Source: a virus
Taxonomy: Duplodnaviria; Caudoviricetes
Direction: 5' to 3' (one strand)
IMG/VR virus record: IMGVR_UViG_2513237266_000002
Span: 33,677 to 97,676 of that record
DNA length: 64,000 nucleotides
The notes under the pieces were generated by a model, which worked only from the letters and a program-made list of their open reading frames with translations, made no database searches and had not been told where the DNA came from. Below are positions 18,604 to 28,081 of the stretch, one piece after another; positions within the stretch are counted from its first letter, which is position 1, and every line of letters starts with the position of its first letter. Position numbers and translations under genes: made by a program.

Positions 18604-19305
18604 TTACAGCCACATCATAGCTTGAACGACGACCCCTATGATCCGGCAGTTGCCATTGATAGGAGTAAGAGGGTATTGAGGATTCAATGGCTTGAGGTAA
18701 GTCTTGCCTGCGTCGATTACCAACTTTTTAAAGGTTGCTTCGTTTGCGTCGGTAAGTTTGGCGACAACTAGGCTTCCATTTGTTGGCTCTTTGCCTGTAT
18801 CGACTAAGACATACATACCTTCAGGAATGCTCATTCCTACAGGAGAGGTCATTGAATCACCCTGTACTTTTAACCAGAATCCTTGTCCTTCAATGTGAGC
18901 GTCGGAATCGTACCACTCATCAATCTCTTTGAGAGTATATGGCTCAATAGCCTCACACCATGCTCCTGCGCTTACCCAACTAATTAGCGGATAGGTGCCT
19001 CTTGGTTTGGATGGGCCATGATAAGTAATGTTTGATACCTGAGATAAAAGCTCAGCCTCTTTTGCAAGCGCAGGGCTGAAACTCGAAATCGGCTCGTGAA
19101 GCAGTTTCGCAAACTTAGCTGCAACTGGAAGATTCAGTGGGTTTCTCCCGTTCAGGTAGTGACCGACTGCACCTTGAGAGATGTCCAGTTCGTCAGCTAT
19201 ATCAGCCTGCGTGATCCCCAACTCCTTTTTCTTCGAGTCATACAAAGCTTTTAAGCGTATTGCGTCTTGAAGCTGCTCTGTGGTCAATCTGCTTTTCTTT
19301 TCCAT
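18604..19305 (-). CDS. cI: Lambda-like CI repressor (HTH + S24)
   Basis: LTTEQL..KKKELGITQ..SQGAVGHYLNG; VSAG cleavage site; GDSM and TFKK catalytic motifs. Confidence 0.95.
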   Translation of the reverse strand: MEKKSRLTTEQLQDAIRLKALYDSKKKELGITQADIADELDISQGAVGHYLNGRNPLNLPVAAKFAKLLHEPISSFSPALAKEAELLSQVSNITYHGPSKPRGTYPLISWVSAGAWCEAIEPYTLKEIDEWYDSDAHIEGQGFWLKVQGDSMTSPVGMSIPEGMYVLVDTGKEPTNGSLVVAKLTDANEATFKKLVIDAGKTYLKPLNPQYPLTPINGNCRIIGVVVQAMMWL

Positions 19306-19316
19306 GGCCTGATTTA

Positions 19317-19377
19317 ATACCAAAAGTTTGATTATGTCTCCTACCTATAGTACCCTTCATTTTAATACTTTTAGTAG
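19317..19377. promoter_or_regulatory. OR: three CI/Cro operator sites
   Basis: ATACCAAAAGTTT (19317), CTACCTATAGTAC (19341), ATACTTTTAGTAG (19365); exact 24-bp spacing. Confidence 0.75.
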
Positions 19378-19397
19378 TATTTAATCGTAGAGGACGT

Positions 19398-19604
19398 ATG
19401 AACCAGATTACTCTTAAGGAATACGTGAAAGAGCACGGCCAGGTAAGAGCTGGCGCAGCGCTCGGAGTAACGCAAATTGCCATAAGCAAAGCATTAAGAG
19501 CCGGTCGGGAAATCTTTGTTGTGATTTCTGAAGAAGGGGCTGTTTCAGCTTTTGAAAATAAAGCATTCCCATCTAAGCGGCGAAGCGATGAAACCAGAGC
19601 CTGA
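19398..19604 (+). CDS. cro: Cro repressor
   Basis: ITLKEY..GQ..LGVTQIAISKA..GR..KAFPS resembles lambda Cro. Confidence 0.92.
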   Translation: MNQITLKEYVKEHGQVRAGAALGVTQIAISKALRAGREIFVVISEEGAVSAFENKAFPSKRRSDETRA

Positions 19605-19884
19605 GTTACTCAGCATCTTACCTTCCGATTTCAGCCAAGCGGATGCTGAGTGGATTAAGCAGCAGTTATTCAGCCTGACACCCACTGCACGACAAAAAGC
19701 GCTCCAGCGTTATGCAGCTGTGTATCAAGAGACGTTCGAGGCTGAACCCGTTTCCTACCGAAAGGAGAATCGGGCAAGGCATGAAGCAAACACAAGGCTT
19801 CGCCTGTTTGTGAGAGATCAGGGCAGAGCTTTACAGGGGTATACCGCCGAACCTCCCCTGGCTGGAACGCGACAGCGCTCCTGA
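19588..19884 (+). CDS. Hypothetical protein after cro
   Basis: ATG overlapping the cro end. Confidence 0.7.
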   Translation: MKPEPELLSILPSDFSQADAEWIKQQLFSLTPTARQKALQRYAAVYQETFEAEPVSYRKENRARHEANTRLRLFVRDQGRALQGYTAEPPLAGTRQRS

Positions 19885-20311
19885 TTGTTTCGGGTTTAAA
19901 GGTACCCGAACAGAAGCAGGCTTAAAGGTGCCTGTTCAGGTTGGCAACCAACTGACCCAACTCCTCATATGTACTAGGGAAGTAGTACGTTTTTATGGGG
20001 AAGAGGGAAAGGGGGGTAAGGGGGGATTGGGTGCAGGGGTAGGAATAGGGTCTTTTCCAACAGGAGAGATCCATTGGTTAAGTAGATCACTGTCTTAAGG
20101 GCGCAATTAAAAAAAAGCCTGTATCAGCAAGGTGGTACAAAGCGCTCAGGCGCTGAGAAACAAAAAGGGTTCTTCCTGGAAGAGTGATTTTTCAGAGGAG
20201 CTGAATCAGAAGGGAGGCTGGCAGCCTTTGGGGAGGCCACCAGCCATGTGAGGGGGAATCCATGAAAACCACATCACAAAATTATTATCTCATCAGCACG
20301 GGAGCTGCACA

Positions 20312-21928
20312 ATGGAGCTGACGATCACGCCGAATTTTGCACAGGAACGAGCGCTAAACATGTTGCGCCGTGACTGGAAGGCAAACGACACCTTCATGGT
20401 GTACTCGCCAACCGGAAGCGGTAAAACGGGTTTGGCCGCCTTCATTGTCGCCGGGTTTGTCAGCCGTGGGATGCGCGTCCTGTTCTGTGCACCGTACACC
20501 ATCCTGATCGGACAGACGGCTAATCGGTTCGTGGAGTATGGATTACCGGGGGATGAAATCGGTTATATCTGGGCGGATCACCCGAACTACGATCCGGACC
20601 GGAAAATTCAGATTGCCAGCGCCGACACGCTTATTCGTCGTGTTTTTCCTGAAAATATTGATCTGCTGATTATCGATGAAGCACACCTGCGTAAAAAGCG
20701 CATCCTGAAGGATATAGAACGTCTGCGCGGCAAAGGCGTAAAGGTGATTGGCCTGTCGGGTACTCCGTTTTCCCCGTTCCTGGGAAAATACTATGACCGA
20801 CTGATTAAACCGACCACCATCGGCGAGTTAATCCAGCGTGGCGATCTGAGTAAATACGAATTTTACGCGCCAACTAAGCCGGATCTGAAAGGAGTTAAAA
20901 CCAAAGCATCGCTTGAATACGGGAGCGATTACAACGAAACGCAGCTGGCTGAAATCATGTGCGGCTCTACGCTGGTGGGCGACATCGTACAGAACTGGCT
21001 GGAGAATGGCCGGGATCTGCCTACCATCGCTTTCTGCGTCAACGTAGCCCACGCCAATTACCTGACAATTCAGTTTAACCTGGCGGGTGTAAACGCTGAG
21101 GTCATGACCGCCGACACTCCAGTGGATGAACGCCAGACCATTATTCACCGCTTCGAAACCGGTGCAACGAAAATCATCGTTAGTGTGGGCGTGCTGGTGG
21201 CCGGCTTCGATAGTGACGTTCGTTGCATCATCTACGCTAGGCCAACAAAAAGCGAAATTCGCTGGCTGCAGGCGCTCGGGCGTGGCCTGCGCACCGCACC
21301 GGGTAAAGAGTCCTGCCTCATCTTCGATCACAGCGGTACCGTGCACCGTTTGGGTTATCCGGATTCAATCGAGTACGACGATCTTCCCGGTAAGTCTGAC
21401 GGCATGGAGGAAAGCGCGCGCCGCGCAGCTGAGGAACGGGCCGAAAAGCTGCCACATGAATGCTCACAATGCCACTACATGAAACCCGCTGGTGTGTACG
21501 TCTGCCCGAAATGTGGGCATAAGCCGCTGGGCGGTGAGGACGTCGATACCGACACCGGCCGCAAACTCAAAAAGCTGGGTAAAAACCAGCATCAGCCCAC
21601 TAAGGCAGAGAAACAGGCCTGGTGGAGTCAGATCAAATTCTATCAGCGCCAGCGCGTATCGCAGGGGAAAAAGCCCGTCAGCGATGGCTGGTGCGCAAAT
21701 ACCTTTCGCGAACGGTTTGACGAGTGGCCTAACGGGTTAAGCGATTTCCCGATGGAGATCACTCCGACCGTCTCTAATTTCATCCGGCACAAACAGATTG
21801 CGTATGCGAAAGGGCAGGAGAAGGCCAGGCGCCTGCAGGAGGCATCAGGCACGGCAGCCCCATCCTCAGTACAGCAAGCACAGAAAGCGATTAGCGATAT
21901 CAAACAGCAGTTAGGTAAACGAGCATGA
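20312..21928 (+). CDS. SF2 DEAD/DEAH-box helicase with Zn finger
   Basis: PTGSGKT, IDEAH, QALGRGLR, CxxC..CxxC. Confidence 0.93.
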   Translation: MELTITPNFAQERALNMLRRDWKANDTFMVYSPTGSGKTGLAAFIVAGFVSRGMRVLFCAPYTILIGQTANRFVEYGLPGDEIGYIWADHPNYDPDRKIQIASADTLIRRVFPENIDLLIIDEAHLRKKRILKDIERLRGKGVKVIGLSGTPFSPFLGKYYDRLIKPTTIGELIQRGDLSKYEFYAPTKPDLKGVKTKASLEYGSDYNETQLAEIMCGSTLVGDIVQNWLENGRDLPTIAFCVNVAHANYLTIQFNLAGVNAEVMTADTPVDERQTIIHRFETGATKIIVSVGVLVAGFDSDVRCIIYARPTKSEIRWLQALGRGLRTAPGKESCLIFDHSGTVHRLGYPDSIEYDDLPGKSDGMEESARRAAEERAEKLPHECSQCHYMKPAGVYVCPKCGHKPLGGEDVDTDTGRKLKKLGKNQHQPTKAEKQAWWSQIKFYQRQRVSQGKKPVSDGWCANTFRERFDEWPNGLSDFPMEITPTVSNFIRHKQIAYAKGQEKARRLQEASGTAAPSSVQQAQKAISDIKQQLGKRA

Positions 21929-22893
21929 AGACGGCAGAAGCAGCAAAAGGCCAATGGGCCATGATTTTCGAACATTATGGACTGCCGCCGATCACCGGTA
22001 AACACCATTTCAGAGGCAAATGTCCGCTTTGTGATTCGATTGGTAAATTCCGCATCGATGACCGCGACGGTGCGGGAACCTGGATTTGCACCTGCGGCTA
22101 CGGTACGGGATTGGACTTGGTTACCAAAACCCAGGGCAAACCATTTAACGAGGTGTGCCGCGAAATTGATGAGCTGATCGGCAATACGTTTAGGCGTGAC
22201 AAAGTGCCTGAAGCCAGTGACGCTTCTAAACTGCGGAAAAAGGTACTCAACAATTTTGCAAAAATGGCTCCTTTGCGCGGTACCCCCGGCGCCGATTACC
22301 TTAATTCTCGCGGTATTTTTAAGCTTCCAGCCGAGGCGGTACGGTTAAACCCAAAGCAACGGCATAACGGCCGTGTCTACCAGTCGATCTATTCACTGGC
22401 AACAGACGATAAAGGGGAGCTGTGTTACCTCCACCAGACGTTACTCGATGGCGCAAAAAAGGCTGATATCGGGGCCAGCGCAAAGCGACAGAAATCACTA
22501 CAGGAAGATAACTATCTCGATCATGCCCGGTCAGTTGCGATCCGTATGTTCCCGGTCGCCAGCACCCTAGGCATTGCCGAAGGCATCGAAACGGCCCTAT
22601 CTGCGCACCAGATTTATAACGTGAATACCTGGGCGACTATGACGGCAAATTTCATGAAGAAATTCCGCGTTCCTGCTGGTGTTAAGCACTTGATTATTTT
22701 TGCCGACCGCGACGAGAACAGCGCTACCGGGCTGGCGGCTGCGTATGAATGCGCTCATGCCAATCTGCTGGCAAAGAATGATCTGCAGCGTGTGAGCGTG
22801 TACTGGCCGGATCACGATGATTTCAACAATATGCTCATGAACGGTGATCAGGTTCGTGAGCTGGTTTTCCACAAGAAAAAGGCGGCTGCGTAA
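21925..22893 (+). CDS. Primase (Zn ribbon + TOPRIM)
   Basis: CPLC..WICTCG, AEGIETA, FADRD. Confidence 0.9.
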   Translation: MKTAEAAKGQWAMIFEHYGLPPITGKHHFRGKCPLCDSIGKFRIDDRDGAGTWICTCGYGTGLDLVTKTQGKPFNEVCREIDELIGNTFRRDKVPEASDASKLRKKVLNNFAKMAPLRGTPGADYLNSRGIFKLPAEAVRLNPKQRHNGRVYQSIYSLATDDKGELCYLHQTLLDGAKKADIGASAKRQKSLQEDNYLDHARSVAIRMFPVASTLGIAEGIETALSAHQIYNVNTWATMTANFMKKFRVPAGVKHLIIFADRDENSATGLAAAYECAHANLLAKNDLQRVSVYWPDHDDFNNMLMNGDQVRELVFHKKKAAA

Positions 22894-23753
22894 TGCGTAT
22901 TGATAACAACGAACATAAAGCACTATTCACCATCCCGACGGCAGCGCACAGCTCCGCCCTCGCAAACATCAAGCCTTTGCCCGAGCAACGGAGAATCACC
23001 GGGCATAAGCAGACTGACGCTTATCTTTGGGTGCTGGAGGTTATCCGCCTGAACGAACCCGCACATCTGGGCGCAGCCGAAGTCGCGCTGGAAAAAATTA
23101 AAATCTCCCCAAAAGAGGCCGAGGAACGTTACGCGCGTTATTTGCTGGCGAATGGTGGCGATCCTTTCCAGGTTGCCTTCGGTACCATCGGCATGGATAA
23201 CCCGGCCCTGGCAATCAAGAACGCCCGGGAGAACATCAAAAAAGCAGCATCAGTCAGGGCCACGTTCGGCAGCTATGAGGCAGTTCTCGAAGATGTGGAG
23301 GCCGAGCGAGTAATCAAGTCTTCCCCGAAATTTATCGACGATCACCTTTGGGGATGGACTCCGGCCGAGAAGAAAGCTGGCAGAATTAACGGCAGCCGTA
23401 TGAACAAAATTGATGAACAGCGTCGGGCTTTTGTTGAGGGATATCGCGATGTGATGCCTGAGCCTTATACGCTGTCTGACGTTGTTCGTGAGTTTGTTTA
23501 CTGGGATTGGCTCTACAGCGTTCGCCATAGTGCGGGAAAGGAACTCGGTTATGAATTTGGTTATTCCGAGCATCACGAATCTGTATATGACCGCGAGCGC
23601 TACCTTGAAAAATTGCTGGCAACCATCAAACCCGTAACGCGAGCTGAAGCTATCGAGGTATGCCGCTGGTTTATGGAAAGCGGAAAGGACGAATTCATGG
23701 AAGACAACGGCGCAGCGGTGATTCTTAACCTGGTAGGGGAGTGTGAAGAATGA
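22893..23753 (+). CDS. Hypothetical phage protein
   Basis: 286 aa, coupled on both sides. Confidence 0.8.
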   Translation: MRIDNNEHKALFTIPTAAHSSALANIKPLPEQRRITGHKQTDAYLWVLEVIRLNEPAHLGAAEVALEKIKISPKEAEERYARYLLANGGDPFQVAFGTIGMDNPALAIKNARENIKKAASVRATFGSYEAVLEDVEAERVIKSSPKFIDDHLWGWTPAEKKAGRINGSRMNKIDEQRRAFVEGYRDVMPEPYTLSDVVREFVYWDWLYSVRHSAGKELGYEFGYSEHHESVYDRERYLEKLLATIKPVTRAEAIEVCRWFMESGKDEFMEDNGAAVILNLVGECEE

Positions 23754-24586
23754 AACTGGAGGCATCACTAAAACACTTTAGCCCTCAGGGAATGCACATC
23801 AGCGATGACGTGAAAGGAACCTCTCCGGACCGCCTTACAGGAACAGATGTAATGGCGGCGATTGGTACCACCAGCAGCCGTGCGCGGTTTGGTCTGGCCG
23901 CCTTCTTTGGTAAGATCGGGATCAGCAAAAGCGACGAGCAGCTGGCTGTACAGGCTCTGGCACGTCATGCAATGGAATCAGCGCCCAGGAATGTACGTAA
24001 AGCAGCAGCAGGCGAGTTTGGCTGGTGCATGCTGGTGCTCGCACAATTCGCCTTTGCCGAATACTCCCGTTCAGCGGAAACCAGCGTGAAGTGTCACAGT
24101 TGCAGCGGTACCGGGCGAACTACCCGCGAGCAGATTACCCGCAAAGTTTCTTACCCATGGGGTAAAGCGCCATATTGGGCTAACCGCTCTCGTGCCGTTC
24201 GTCCGTCTGACTGGGAGCATTGGACTGAGGTAACAGAGGTTGTACCGGCTATCTGTGATATTTGCGAAGGCAAGGGAACAATCAGCGCCCGCTGTCGGTG
24301 TGGTGGTAAAGGAGAGGTGCTCGACCGTAAGGCCACAAGCGAGCGCGGCGTGCCGGTGTTTAAAACCTGCGAGCGCTGCAGCGGAAATGGATTTTCTGGG
24401 GTGCCGTCTACTGCAGCCTATAAAGCGATACTGAAGCGAGTCCCGGATCTGCATGTCAGAACGTGGACCCGTAACTGGAAACCGTTTCTGGAGGGGCTTG
24501 TCGACGTCTGCTATAGAGAAGAACAAAAAGCAGACTCGGCGTTTCAGGACGCAACGAGCTTTCGTGATGATGTGAACAAAATTTAG
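23750..24586 (+). CDS. Q: Late antiterminator Q (lambda-Q-like, extended Zn fingers)
   Basis: LKHFSP..LTGTDVMAAIG; CxxCxGxG repeats; position before lysis genes. Confidence 0.88.
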   Translation: MKLEASLKHFSPQGMHISDDVKGTSPDRLTGTDVMAAIGTTSSRARFGLAAFFGKIGISKSDEQLAVQALARHAMESAPRNVRKAAAGEFGWCMLVLAQFAFAEYSRSAETSVKCHSCSGTGRTTREQITRKVSYPWGKAPYWANRSRAVRPSDWEHWTEVTEVVPAICDICEGKGTISARCRCGGKGEVLDRKATSERGVPVFKTCERCSGNGFSGVPSTAAYKAILKRVPDLHVRTWTRNWKPFLEGLVDVCYREEQKADSAFQDATSFRDDVNKI

Positions 24587-24790
24587 CATATTAGACACAT
24601 TAAGCTTGATTTTGTCCGAACTTGTCGTGTAAGCTTCAAATCGTAGGTTATTGCGCCTGCATGAAATCAAACCCGCCTCCGAGCGGGTTTTTGTTGATTT
24701 TAATTAATCAATAAACACCATAGTCCACGTATTGTTAATGTGTGAGCCTTACTAAAGGCATAGAAGCAAAGACTTGAATGGTGATTAGGC

Positions 24791-25015
24791 ATGAGCGTTG
24801 TAATAATCTTAGAGGGTGGCTATAGGGATTCTCCGTCGCATCTATTGGGGGTGTTTTCTTCCGTAGAAAATGCGAAGCAAAGAGCAAGAGAGATTGTTGG
24901 CCTACCCCGTAACACTTGCTACCACGACTATTTTTCCATCTACAGGGTAATAGTGGATATTGGTGAGCCAATTCATATAGAAACCTTTGACACTGAAGAA
25001 ATTTTTAAGAAATGA
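24791..25015 (+). CDS. Small hypothetical moron protein
   Basis: AT-rich ORF between terminators; LGVFSSVENAK. Confidence 0.55.
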   Translation: MSVVIILEGGYRDSPSHLLGVFSSVENAKQRAREIVGLPRNTCYHDYFSIYRVIVDIGEPIHIETFDTEEIFKK

Positions 25016-25436
25016 TCATCAAGCCCTGCGGTTAACACCGTGGGGCTTTTGCGTTTCTGGAGGGTAAGAAAATGCACGGGTAGAACGGACAGACCGCAGT
25101 CGAAAGGCAATGCAGCAGTCATGATGCTGCCCCGAGTCGCGTAATGGCGAGCCTGTGTAGTGATGGGTAAGGGTTCATAGATCAAAATAAGCTCCGGTAA
25201 AGCAGCGTGAATGCCAGATGCGCACCGGTTATCAGCGGCGATGACGCGACAGCACCTCAAGGGCATGAGCGTGACCACTCCGGGAAGTGGTAAAGAATTT
25301 ATAGCCTCGCTTATGCGGGGCTTTTCTATTTCAGGCCCACGGGAATCATCCGCTACGTGCTTTGTTGATAAATCCAGCCCGTGAAGCCTGACCCTTTCAT
25401 CACACAGCGCCATCCGAAAAAATCGGGGGTGAGGCT

Positions 25437-25715
25437 ATGACCAGAATGAGCACCATTTACAGCAGACTTTCATATGGATCAGGAACCACGCTTGCCGGCT
25501 GCGGTGTATCAGCGAAGGCATATGCCGAAACAGCTAAAACAGCAAAAGAGGTGTCCTGGATGTTGGCCGACAGAATTGCAGGGTTAAGCCTGAGTGACTG
25601 GGCAATTATTGTCGGTATCGCATGCACTGTTATCACTTGTGCAGTGAACTGGTACTACAGGCAAAAGGAAAGGGAGGATCGGCTTAATGGCAATGTCACC
25701 AAAGCTGAAGAATAA
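25437..25715 (+). CDS. Holin
   Basis: TM segment WAIIVGIACTVITCAVNWYY and charged tail; GAGG RBS; before endolysin. Confidence 0.85.
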   Translation: MTRMSTIYSRLSYGSGTTLAGCGVSAKAYAETAKTAKEVSWMLADRIAGLSLSDWAIIVGIACTVITCAVNWYYRQKEREDRLNGNVTKAEE

Positions 25716-26235
25716 ACTGAGCGCAGCGGTCGTTGGTTTGATTCTTACGGGGGCTTCCGCGTCCGTGATTCTCGATCAGTTTCTGGATGAGAAAGAGGGT
25801 AACAGCACAACAGCGTACAAGGACGGCTCTGGTATATGGACTATTTGCCGTGGCGCTACGATGGTTGATGGCAAGCCAGTAGTTCAGGGCATGAAGCTGT
25901 CTGCTGAGAAATGCGCTCAGGTAAACGCCATTGAGCGTGATAAGGCACTGGCGTGGGTTGACCGAAATATCAAAGTACCACTGACCGAACCACAGAGAGC
26001 GGGTATTGCGTCATTTTGTCCTTACAACATCGGCCCCGGAAAATGTTTCCCTTCCACGTTCTATAAGCGCATTAACGCTGGTGACCGTAAAGGAGCCTGT
26101 GAAGCGATCCGCTGGTGGATAAAAGATGGTGGCCGCGACTGTCGTCTGACCAAAGGCCAGAAAAATGGGTGCTATGGGCAGGTAGAACGACGAGACCAGG
26201 AAAGCGCATTGGCGTGCTGGGGGATAGACCAGTGA
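25687..26235 (+). CDS. SAR endolysin (T4-lysozyme family)
   Basis: N-terminal SAR helix; E-8-D-5-T triad (EG..YKD..IWTIC). Confidence 0.92.
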   Translation: MAMSPKLKNKLSAAVVGLILTGASASVILDQFLDEKEGNSTTAYKDGSGIWTICRGATMVDGKPVVQGMKLSAEKCAQVNAIERDKALAWVDRNIKVPLTEPQRAGIASFCPYNIGPGKCFPSTFYKRINAGDRKGACEAIRWWIKDGGRDCRLTKGQKNGCYGQVERRDQESALACWGIDQ

Positions 26236-26756
26236 ACAGAAGCCTCATTGTTGTTGGGATGGCGGCCATCACCTTCATCGCTGTGCTCTTTGTGCTACTG
26301 GCGCGCAGCAATGCAGCGCTGACCACGTCCGAGAGTGATAACCGGGTGCTGCGCAGTGACAACGCACTACAGGCGACGGTAATAACCACTCAGGCTTTCA
26401 ACTTCAACCGGTTTAACCAGATAGCCGAAAACGCCAGCCGACTTAACTCACTTATTGATGTCAGCTCCGATAGCACGGTTATCGAATATAGGGAGATTCT
26501 CCATCGTGAAAAAACCTGTGATCTGCCTGTTCCTGCTGATATCTCTGGCGGGCTGCTCAGCTACGCGAACAGTTTACGTGCCAGCGCAATGCACACCGAT
26601 TCCGGGAACGCTGACACAGTCGGTGATGGCGCCATTACCACCAACGCGCTGACGTATTGCCAGGCTGTTCTCTGGATCAAGCCGCTGCTGGCCGCCATCG
26701 AAAAAGCGAATAACCAGCTGGCTGGAATTCGTGAAATTGAAAAGGGCAGGCAATGA
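26232..26756 (+). CDS. Rz: i-spanin (Rz-like)
   Basis: GTG start, N-terminal TM, helical periplasmic region. Confidence 0.8.
   Translation: MNRSLIVVGMAAITFIAVLFVLLARSNAALTTSESDNRVLRSDNALQATVITTQAFNFNRFNQIAENASRLNSLIDVSSDSTVIEYREILHREKTCDLPVPADISGGLLSYANSLRASAMHTDSGNADTVGDGAITTNALTYCQAVLWIKPLLAAIEKANNQLAGIREIEKGRQ
26506..26652 (+). CDS. Rz1: o-spanin (Rz1-like lipoprotein), embedded and short
   Basis: GGGAG RBS, GTG, lipobox LAGC, Pro-rich; +1 frame inside Rz. Confidence 0.7.
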   Translation: MKKPVICLFLLISLAGCSATRTVYVPAQCTPIPGTLTQSVMAPLPPTR

Positions 26757-26832
26757 CTATTGCCAGCATGACATTACAAAAGCCGTTCACCGAGTGGCTT
26801 TGATAATGTTTTTTGAGTGAGGATTGTTCAGT

Positions 26833-27837
26833 ATGGCTTCGATAAAAGAATCCACTGATGCCAATGGACAATCAAAATATTACGTCCACTGGAAGGATGA
26901 AAAATCCGGTCATGGACGCCGCCGCATTTTTAAGAATATTGATGATGCCGCACATCTTTTCTGGCAAAAACAGAATATCGAGCTGGATTGTCGAACCGCC
27001 AGCTGGGCCGGAATAGACCATTCCTGGACTTTCCGAAAGTTAATTCTGTTTTATCTTGGCTATCAGGCTGGCAAGATGGAAAAAAATATCATACGGCTGT
27101 CGTCATATACGAAATGCCGTCACGATCTTCTCGCTGTAGACGGGCCGATACTGGGAAAAAATATTCTCCATATCAGCCATCGCGATATCGTTGATTCGGT
27201 TCGCACCGGCTGCCATCGCTGGATTCGTTCGGCTTTCTTCCTGCTGGTGGAAAAACGGCTCATCACTTTTAACCCTGTTGACCGTCCCGCGCGCCGGAAG
27301 CGTCGACCCATCACCATACCGCCATCATCATCGGTCAGAGAGCTACTGAATAACGCGCCAGTTCGCGAGCGTATCGCGTGCTGGCTCGGGATTTGTGGCC
27401 TGCGCATCGGTGAGGCTCTGGCGGTTACTTATAACGACGTGTCAGCCGACTGGATCGACATTCGGGGGCATGTTGTTGATGGCGTTATACATGAGGGGCT
27501 GAAAAGAGGCGTGGAGCGCCGGGTACGGATGCCGCGTGAGCTTTTCGCATTGCTGGATAAAAGTAAACTCGGTACCTCTGAGCCTCTTATCTGCAACCAG
27601 TTTACCGGAGCATGCCTCGCTACCAGCTACGGCACTCAGGGGGTTCTCGTCAGAACCCTGAACGACTATGGCATTAAGCGATTCCATCATCTTCGCCACT
27701 TTGCTGTATCTCGCCTGGCAAACAAAGGCGTCGATATTCTGAAGGTTTCTCGCCTCATTGGGCATTCAAACATCAAAACTACGATGGACGTTTACGGCCA
27801 CCTGTTCGGGGAAGTGGTGGAGATGGATTTAGACTGA
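26833..27837 (+). CDS. Tyrosine recombinase between lysis and terminase genes
   Basis: GLRIGE, HHLRH, IGH..TTMDVY; homologue at 56405-57430. Confidence 0.9.
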   Translation: MASIKESTDANGQSKYYVHWKDEKSGHGRRRIFKNIDDAAHLFWQKQNIELDCRTASWAGIDHSWTFRKLILFYLGYQAGKMEKNIIRLSSYTKCRHDLLAVDGPILGKNILHISHRDIVDSVRTGCHRWIRSAFFLLVEKRLITFNPVDRPARRKRRPITIPPSSSVRELLNNAPVRERIACWLGICGLRIGEALAVTYNDVSADWIDIRGHVVDGVIHEGLKRGVERRVRMPRELFALLDKSKLGTSEPLICNQFTGACLATSYGTQGVLVRTLNDYGIKRFHHLRHFAVSRLANKGVDILKVSRLIGHSNIKTTMDVYGHLFGEVVEMDLD

Positions 27838-27838
27838 G

Positions 27839-28023
27839 TTATCCACATAGTGGAAATATTAGGGCGATCCACTATCTCCCCATTCTGCGCGGCCTCCGGG
27901 CATTAAATCGCAGTTTTCCCGAAAAAAAGGATATGCCGCATTTTTACCCCCTCTGATATGCCGCACTTGGCACCAGAGAGGACGCGGCCTGCAAGCCAGA
28001 ATTTGCCGCGTGATACGCCGCAC
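27839..28023. repeat. Repeat-rich site (GATAYGCCGCA x3) with a DnaA-box match; candidate recombination/packaging site
   Basis: GATATGCCGCA 27930, TGATATGCCGCACTT 27954, TGATACGCCGCAC 28011, GACGCGGCCTG 27981; TTATCCACA 27839. Confidence 0.65.
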
Positions 28024-28081
28024 CCGGATCGGTAAAATCGGATTTTGAACAAAAAATAATCACATTGACTTAGGCGGAAGT

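Noticed and set aside
26833-27837. Integrase marking a separate island or prophage boundary
   Set aside because: No flanking direct repeat found by eye; lysis-to-terminase gene order is continuous and co-oriented
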